Source: Planctomycetota bacterium (GTDB lineage: Bacteria; Planctomycetota; MHYJ01; WSZJ01). From it: a DNA stretch of 64,000 nucleotides. Shown here piece by piece: positions 57,763 to 64,000 of the stretch. Under the pieces are notes generated by a model. It searched no databases and was not told where the DNA came from. It saw only the letters and a program-made list of their open reading frames with translations. The position numbers and the translations under genes were made by a program. The stretch lies in NCBI GenBank assembly GCA_038060895.1, contig JBBTCT010000002.1, forward strand, positions 128,001-192,000, read 5' to 3'. How positions within the stretch are numbered: the first letter of the stretch is position 1; the number at the start of each line of letters is the position of its first letter.

Positions 57763-58820
57763 TGCTCAAGTCCGCGATCGGGTTGCTTGCAGGCGCAGCG
57801 TTCGCCATTGCGACCTGGGTCCTTCTCGGAGAGCGGCTCGCGGGACGTCCGCCGTCCGAAACTGCCGCACCGCCCGCGCCTGCGGAGGCCGCAACGTCCG
57901 GAAAAGACGGCGCTGCAGCGACGGACCCAGCCATGCCGGCGCTTCAGGCTGAAATCGCGAAGCTCGAGTCCGAACTGGCCGCTCTCAAGGCACGGCCGGC
58001 CGGCACCGTGGACCGGAAGCGGCTCTCGTTTGCCGACCTCGCGAAGAGACTGGTGCCCGCATTCGCGGAGGACACCTGGATCTGGGAAACCGACGACGAA
58101 CGGACCCAGGCGCTGATCGGGCCATTCCTGGAAGTGCTTCGGGAGCAGGCGCTCGAAAAGGGAATCACGCTGTACGAAGCCGCGCAGGGTCCCGACGGCG
58201 TCGCTGCCCTGGCGATCGCGATGATGGCTGCGATGGACCCGCCGCCGGACGCGGAAAGGATGAAGAAGCTCGAAGAGGCGCGGGCAGAGCTGGGCAAGGA
58301 GTTCGACAGCTATCTTGCGAAGCGAGGCTCGCTGAGCCGGCTCGAGCAGTACCGGGAACTGCTGGGGCTGGGCAGCGCACTTTCGAATGCCGTGGACCAG
58401 GACCTGCCGGAAGCGGCAAGCGACATGTACTGGAACGCGGACAATTTCTGGGATAGCGCAAAGCCTGCGGAATATCTGTCTTTTCCCGGCACCTCCGCTG
58501 CCCCCGGCCAGACCTTCGACAAAGTCTGCAGCACTTGGACGGATTCCTGGAGCGCGACCATCGGCCTCGACCCGGCCCAGAAGCTGGCCCTCAGGCCGAT
58601 CGTCGACGAATACGCGCGCGCCATCGCCGAACTGAACGTCGAGGCCGACAAGAAATCGACGCCCAGTTACCGTTATCCCCTGAACCGAAAGGACCAGATC
58701 GCGCTCATGATCAAAGCGACCCATCGCATCGCCGCCGAAACATCCCTGACCGAGGCGCAGCTCAAGGCGCTTCGCGACATGTCAGTGGTTCCGGGCCACG
58801 ATCTGAAATCCGCGAGATGA
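57763..58820 (+). CDS. membrane-anchored coiled-coil hypothetical protein (paralog A); start uncertain
   Basis: TM helix begins at LLKSAIG; WTDSWSATIGLDPAQKLALRPIVDEY is shared with the next gene. Confidence 0.65.
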
Positions 58821-59845
58821 AACACATCCTGGGCGGCTTCATAGCGGGCGCCCTGCTCGCCGGCATCCTGCTGCGATTGCTGGCCGGGGGCCGCCCGGGA
58901 GGCGTCGAGGAAACGCCAGCCGCCGCACTGCCTGCCGGCCGGAGTGATTCCGCCGATCCGGCGGCGGACGCGGAGGCCGCTTCCTTCCGCGACGCAACCG
59001 CGCGGCTCGAGCGCCTGCGCGCGGAAGTTGCTTCGGTGAAGGCCTCTCAATCCGGAAGCGCGGCCGCCGGAAACCGGATCCCCGCTAGCCGCTCCGAATT
59101 TGCCCGGTTGCTCTCCGGAAACCTCGACGACTTCCTCAGGAACGGAGACCGCAGGCTCCCGGCCAACGAGGACATGATCCTGCGCCTGCAGGCGCTCATG
59201 CGCCTTCTGGCACAGGAACTGGGCCTCGGGCTCGACGAGGTCGGCGCGTCGCCCGAGGGATTTGCCGCGCTTGCGCGTGAAGTGCTGGACGCGCTGGAGC
59301 CGAAGCTGGACGCGGGGGCGCGCGCGAAGGCGGAGGAGGCGATCGAGACGGCCCGGCGGGAGTGGGAGGACTTTGCGGCGAGGCGCAAAGAAATGACGCG
59401 GCTGGAGCGCGCAGGAAATGTGGAGCCGATGTTTGAACGGCTCGTGGAGGGGTTGAAGGAGTCACTCGAGGGCCGCGCGTACGACGCGATCGACTCGCTG
59501 GAGAGCCTGTGGTACGACGCCCAGCCGACCTGGGCCGGCGGCTACTGCACGTACATGGTGGCGTCGGCGGAGGACGCCGCTTCGCAGTGGACCGAATCCT
59601 GGAGTCACACGCTGCAGCTGACTCCGGTTCAGAAGATCGCGCTGAAACCGATTCTCGACGACTACGTGCGAGCGCTGACCGATCTGCACCTGGACACGAC
59701 CGTCTATCGCAGCAAGGGGGCGTTCGAACTGATGGTCCGCACCCAGCACCGGATGATGGACACCCTCGACCTTTCTCCCGCGCAGCTCCAGAATCTCGAC
59801 GCCCAGGTCACCATCTACGACTTCGCGATTCCGCCGAAGAAGTGA
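58817..59845 (+). CDS. membrane-anchored coiled-coil hypothetical protein (paralog B)
   Basis: ATGA overlap; WTESWSHTLQLTPVQKIALKPILDDY. Confidence 0.75.
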   Translation: MKHILGGFIAGALLAGILLRLLAGGRPGGVEETPAAALPAGRSDSADPAADAEAASFRDATARLERLRAEVASVKASQSGSAAAGNRIPASRSEFARLLSGNLDDFLRNGDRRLPANEDMILRLQALMRLLAQELGLGLDEVGASPEGFAALAREVLDALEPKLDAGARAKAEEAIETARREWEDFAARRKEMTRLERAGNVEPMFERLVEGLKESLEGRAYDAIDSLESLWYDAQPTWAGGYCTYMVASAEDAASQWTESWSHTLQLTPVQKIALKPILDDYVRALTDLHLDTTVYRSKGAFELMVRTQHRMMDTLDLSPAQLQNLDAQVTIYDFAIPPKK

Positions 59846-59977
59846 GAGCGCGCGAAAAAATCGAGCGCCGTCGCACGCCCAGGCCTCGCATCCCGCCGTC
59901 GGAAAGGCTCGACGGCGGGGCGCGAGGCCCGAGCGCGCGCCGTCGCTCGCTTTTTTCACGCGCTCTGGGAAAACGGC
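59843..59977 (+). repeat. hairpin repeat element (MITE/REP-like), long copy
   Basis: Long imperfect stem-loop with arms homologous to 31114..31199; begins with the TGA stop of 58817..59845. Confidence 0.8.
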
Positions 59978-60000
59978 CTGCTGAAACAGGGCCACTGAAG

Positions 60001-60075
60001 CCAGATGTCCTGCGCCGATTCATGCCGGAACTGCTTCGTCGCGACTTTCGCAGCGCGGCGCAGGTAAAGAGTGAG
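60001..60075 (-). pseudogene. relic of the FRHALL-TPR family
   Basis: Translates to LTLYLRRAAKVATKQFRHESAQDIW, matching LYLRRAAEAGDRNYRHEAARAAW and YLQRAIDVASRQFQHETAQE in the full paralogs. Confidence 0.6.
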
Positions 60076-60300
60076 GACGTCAGAAGTCGCGCCCGGATTC
60101 CCGGCCTCGGGTTCCGAAAGACTCCCGGCGGACTCAGACCCGATCAGCAGCCTGCCGGCGCGCCGCAGACGAGGCAGAAGGGCGGCTCGACCCGAGGTCC
60201 AGCTGGTCTCCGTTGAGCAGGATCGCGCCGCGCGGCGGCGCTCCGAGGCGGATCGCGCTCGGGTGGCTCATCGTGCGATCGGGTGTCTGCGCAGGGTTGT

Positions 60301-61062
60301 CTACTTCTTCAGCGTCTGCTTCGCATCCGTGCCGCAGCCTTGAAGCTCCGTCGTCGACTTCGAGCGTGTCTTGTCCATTTTGGATTCCAGTACGGATTTG
60401 ACCAGCCAGCCCTTCCATGTCGGTTTGCCGTCCCAGGCCAGCCGTTCCATGCCCGCTTTCGCGACAGCGGAGAGGTCCTTTCCCTTGAAGGGCACCTTCT
60501 CGCCGTTCCACGAAGTCATCTTCGACTTCGATTCCATGCCGTTGAACGTGGACGTCAGCTCGATTTCGATCTTCTCGCACTCGTACTCCAGGCCACCCGC
60601 TTTGACCGTCTCCCTGGTTGCTCTTCCGGTACCCGTGGTGTCCGTCGAGGGTTTTCCCTCCGGCATTTTCGCGACTTTGATCTCCTTGCCCGTCTCGCCC
60701 GGTTTTCCCCACCACGCCTGTGTCACGAGCCCGGACTTTTTTGCGACCGCAGCGAGAACGACCGTGCCCTTCCAGGCCGGATTCCCGAGCGTGTACTGGG
60801 ACGACTCGAACCAGATCGTCTCTGGCTCCGCGAGGACACAGGCGACCCGGTAGGACATGTCCGACATGGGCTTCCACTCACCGCTTCCCATCGCCATTTC
60901 TGAAGTCGTCCGGTACTCCACCCACTCGCCGCCCTTGAGCGATCCGAGGTCGTACTGGTCAAACGCGCGTTCCCCGATCGAAGGTTCCGTAGCTTGCCCG
61001 AGGGCCGTCGGGGGCAATGTCGCAAGCGCGACCAGTACGGCCAGTCCGGCACGCGTTCTCAT
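60301..61062 (-). CDS. exported beta-rich hypothetical protein
   Basis: RBS GGAGGG, signal peptide, GEWVEY, ETVKAGGLEYECEKI, KVPF, GWLVK. Confidence 0.75.
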   Translation of the reverse strand: MRTRAGLAVLVALATLPPTALGQATEPSIGERAFDQYDLGSLKGGEWVEYRTTSEMAMGSGEWKPMSDMSYRVACVLAEPETIWFESSQYTLGNPAWKGTVVLAAVAKKSGLVTQAWWGKPGETGKEIKVAKMPEGKPSTDTTGTGRATRETVKAGGLEYECEKIEIELTSTFNGMESKSKMTSWNGEKVPFKGKDLSAVAKAGMERLAWDGKPTWKGWLVKSVLESKMDKTRSKSTTELQGCGTDAKQTLKK

Positions 61063-61168
61063 GGAAGGCCCTCCAGAAGCGGATCTACCGCTTTCCGTTA
61101 ACTCTAGGCGTCCGGAGGGCCGCAACTCAAGCGCGAACCCGCAGGGGGTTCGGCCTGCCTTTCGACTC

Positions 61169-62557
61169 TTAATCCGGCTCACGGAAGGGTTCCACCCCCG
61201 CCTTGGCGCACTCTCTTTGCATCGTCGTCATCGCCCTCTTGATCGTCTCGGCATCTCCCAGCGCGCGCAGGATCGCCACCCCCGTCGTCCACGCGCGCCG
61301 GGCGTCGTCGAGGTTTCCGCGCACGAAGTGCAGCCGCGACGAGTCGCAGAGGTGCGCGCCCTCGAACCGCCGGTTGCCGACCTCGTGGTGGATCGCCAGC
61401 GCGCGCTCGAATGCCCCGGCCGCTTCGCCGACCCGGCCGGTGTCGAGGTAGACGCTGGCGAGCGTGCCCTCGACGATGCCTTCGACGCGGCGGTTGCCGA
61501 CCTCGCGGTGGATGGCGAGGGCCTCGAGCGCGATGCGTTCGGCGTCGGCGAAGCGACGCCGGTCGTGCAGGAGGCTGGCGAGGTTGCCGAGGCACATGCC
61601 CTCGGACCGGCGGTTTCCGAGATCGCGAAGGAGGGCCAGCGAGCGGGCATAGGTGGTCTCGGACTCGTCGAAGCGTCCCGCGTGCTGGAGCCGGATGGCC
61701 GCGCTGCTGAGCGCGACGCCCTCGGCGAAGCGGTCGCCGGTTTCGCGATAGATGGCGAGCGCTTCTTCGCCGAGGCGCTCCGCCTCTTCCGCGCGGCCGG
61801 TATCGCCGGCGACGAGCGACAGGTTTCCGATGGCCCTGCCCTCGAGCGGGCGGTCGCCGAGTTCGCGGTAAAGGGCGATGGCGTCGCGGATGAGGCGTTC
61901 GGCTTCGGCCACGCGGCCGAGGTCGTGGCAGAGGCTGGCGAAATTGCCGAGGACGATGCTCTCGAGCGGCCGGTCGGCGGCCTCCCGGGCGAGCGCGAGG
62001 GCCTGCTGGTAGAGGCTCTCCGCCCGGTCGTTGCGTCCGGTCTCGCGGCAAAGGGTCGCGAGGGAAGCGGCGGCCTGGCCTTCGAGGCGGCGGTCGGAGG
62101 CCGCGCGCGCGAGGCGCAGCGCTTCCTCAAACAGGTCCTCCGCGACCCGCGGGCCTCCGCCTGCTTTCACGGACTGGCCCGCCCGTCTCAGCGCTTCGCC
62201 CCGGTCCACCCCTCCAAGTTCCATTGCGAGAGACTGCCAGGCGGCGCGCGCCGCTTCGTGCCGGTAGTTCCTGTCGCCCGCCTCCGCGGCGCGGCGGAGG
62301 TAGAGGCGCCGGGCGCCCTCGAGGCGGGCCGCGCGGGCGTGTTCCGCGAGCTCCGTCGCGAACGGGTCCGTCGCGTGGGTGGCGAACCGGAACGGTTTCC
62401 CGAGTGGAGGCGGCTCGGCCGGACGCCCGCCGCACAGCGCTTCGATCAGCTCGAACGCGAACCCGTGCAGCCGCTCGCGGTCGGTGGGGAGCTGCAACTG
62501 GTACGCGGCGTCCCGCAGGAGCGCGTGTCGGAACAGGTATGCGGACTCAGCTTTCAC
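61169..62557 (-). CDS. TPR protein beginning at FRHALLRDAAY (paralog 2)
   Basis: Colinear with 44623..46020; TAGGAT-N6-GTG start at 62557. Confidence 0.85.
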   Translation of the reverse strand: MKAESAYLFRHALLRDAAYQLQLPTDRERLHGFAFELIEALCGGRPAEPPPLGKPFRFATHATDPFATELAEHARAARLEGARRLYLRRAAEAGDRNYRHEAARAAWQSLAMELGGVDRGEALRRAGQSVKAGGGPRVAEDLFEEALRLARAASDRRLEGQAAASLATLCRETGRNDRAESLYQQALALAREAADRPLESIVLGNFASLCHDLGRVAEAERLIRDAIALYRELGDRPLEGRAIGNLSLVAGDTGRAEEAERLGEEALAIYRETGDRFAEGVALSSAAIRLQHAGRFDESETTYARSLALLRDLGNRRSEGMCLGNLASLLHDRRRFADAERIALEALAIHREVGNRRVEGIVEGTLASVYLDTGRVGEAAGAFERALAIHHEVGNRRFEGAHLCDSSRLHFVRGNLDDARRAWTTGVAILRALGDAETIKRAMTTMQRECAKAGVEPFREPD

Positions 62558-62754
62558 GCGCACATCCTACGGGTGATTCCCCCGATCCGAATTCAGTAGA
62601 ATCCTCCCGCATGAGAGCCGCCATTTCCAGAAGCGCCTTCCGGGTGCGAACCGGCCTGCCGCTGCTGGCCTTTCTTGTGCGATTCGGCGTTACGTAAGCG
62701 CGCCCCCACGAATTCCCGGAACTGAAGTCCCTTGCGTGGTCACTTCCCCGGCGT

Positions 62755-63159
62755 TCAGGCTGGCCCCGCTTCGAGTGACGGCTCTCCCGCCTTCTGGCAG
62801 GCGGCCTGCATGTCGCCGCGCAGGGACTCGGCCGCCTGATCGTCATGCAGTTCCGTGAGGACTTTCATGCCCTGGCGCCAGTTCTCGGCGGCTTCGCGCC
62901 TTCGACCCATCGCCAGCAGGCAGAGGGCGTAGCTGCAGTTGTGGATTCCTTCGAAGCGTCTGTTCCCCAGCTGACGGTGGATCGACAGAGCGTGTTGAAA
63001 GGTGCGTTCCGCCTGCTCGAGGCGGCCTGTCTCGGCAAATAGACTGGCCAGGTTTCCCAGCGCGACCCCCTCGCTCTGGCGGTCGCCGGGCAGCTGCAGC
63101 TGGTAGGCAGCCTCGCGCAGGAGCGCGTGTCGGAAGACGTAGGTGTTTTCGGCGTTCAC
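62755..63159 (-). CDS. internally deleted FRHALL-TPR paralog 3
   Basis: N-terminal FRHALLREAAYQLQLPGDR is joined in frame to the last two TPRs and the conserved C-terminus (CQKAG). Confidence 0.7.
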   Translation of the reverse strand: MNAENTYVFRHALLREAAYQLQLPGDRQSEGVALGNLASLFAETGRLEQAERTFQHALSIHRQLGNRRFEGIHNCSYALCLLAMGRRREAAENWRQGMKVLTELHDDQAAESLRGDMQAACQKAGEPSLEAGPA

Positions 63160-63354
63160 GCGGAGTGGTATTGCCGAATCAACGCTTCTGCCTCCGAACG
63201 GCGTCCCCCGCAGCGCGACGGAGGGCGAGGGAGAGGTTCGGCTGCACCAGCCGCGCGGCCGCCTCCCGGGCTTCGGGAGTGTCGATGGCCTCCAGGAGGG
63301 CCAGCAACCGGACCGCGCGCCGATGCGGCCGCGAACTTGCGCCTGAACGCAGAC

Positions 63355-63600
63355 TCACTCGTCTTTCCCCAGGGCTTTCAACTCCGCAGCCGCGCTTGTG
63401 TGCTGCAGGTAGTCCTTCTGGTTCGTCGCGACGACTTTCTGGAAGTAATCCCTGGCCACGGTCTTGTCGCCGGCAAGCAGGTGTTTTGAACCGGCGTAAA
63501 AATAGGCCAGGCACACTTGTCCGGATTCTGTCTTGGGGTTCGCATGCCGGGCGGCCGCCAGCAATTCGGGTTCGGCCAGGTCGCCGGCTTCGAGGGCGTC
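63355..63600 (-). pseudogene. NlpI-like TPR C-terminal fragment
   Basis: CLAYFYAG...GDKTVARDYFQKVVATN...QHTSAAAEL; no credible N-terminus. Confidence 0.55.
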
Positions 63601-63714
63601 GTTGCGCCCTCGCAGGTCGGCATACTCGACAGCTACCGCGCGGACTTCGACCCGCAGGCGCTTCCCGCGGCGCATGTCGAGGTCAAGCTCCCTTAAGCGG
63701 CCGGGGCCGGGGAG

Positions 63715-64000
63715 TTACTTCAGCACCCGCCGCCCGGCCCGCCGCGCGCCCTCCTGGCTCCGCTCGACGAAGAGCTCGAATAACTCGTGAAGCGGCCGCG
63801 CCGCTTCCGCGCCCTCGAGGCGCTCGACCGCGTGCGCGATCGACTCGAGCGTCGCCATGCCGAAGGAGGGCCCCGTGCGGAGGCGCGCCGTCGGTGGATG
63901 CGGCGGCAGCGAGAGCCGTGGAAGGTGCTGCAGCGCGGGCACGCGCAGGAACATCCGCTTCGACTCGCGCCACGTTCCGTCGATCACCACGACCGTCGCG
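63715..64000 (-). CDS. DTW-domain tRNA-uridine aminocarboxypropyltransferase (TapT/YfiP-like), 5' end outside window
   Basis: VIDGTWRESKRMF, LPRLSL, LR...ATLESIAHA. Confidence 0.85.
   Translation of the reverse strand, partial: ATVVVIDGTWRESKRMFLRVPALQHLPRLSLPPHPPTARLRTGPSFGMATLESIAHAVERLEGAEAARPLHELFELFVERSQEGARRAGRRVLK

Noticed and set aside
59843-59977. integron attC site
   Set aside because: No RYYYAAC/GTTRRRY ends and no integrase in the window.
44623-63159. diversity-generating retroelement behind the TPR paralogs
   Set aside because: No reverse transcriptase and no near-identical template/variable pair with adenine-specific differences.

Overview
High-GC bacterial chromosome segment, most likely Planctomycetota. 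This is inferred from lineage-typical families: DUF1570 HExxH, prenyltransferase-repeat, DUF1559/H-X9-DG-like, DUF3160 and many signal-peptide HEAT/TPR/WD40 proteins. It probably lies near the origin, because it carries parA-parB with a parS site inside parB. The housekeeping backbone includes a sulfatase, an fabG-KS-inactive KS-thioesterase operon converging on lolA/lipase, an SPFH operon, a CBS protein, a metallophosphoesterase, acyP, a TusA-family protein, mrp, a Cys/Met PLP lyase, a PilZ protein and a DTW protein. The best candidate for an undescribed system is a lower-GC island at about 9.4-15.6 kb. It encodes a PD-(D/E)XK nuclease, a 1286-aa DUF4062(TIR-like)-STAND NTPase-helical repeat protein and a translationally coupled HEPN (Rx4H) protein, and a degenerate tRNA-Asn-like relic sits at its edge. 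Other notable features: a locally expanded family of NTPase-less STAND-tail TPR genes (two full, one internally deleted, one relic), a hairpin element whose first bases are the host gene's stop codon, a gene bracketed by identical 20-bp palindromes, a recurring leaderless promoter pattern and several gene fragments. All family calls come from motif recognition by eye; no searches were run.
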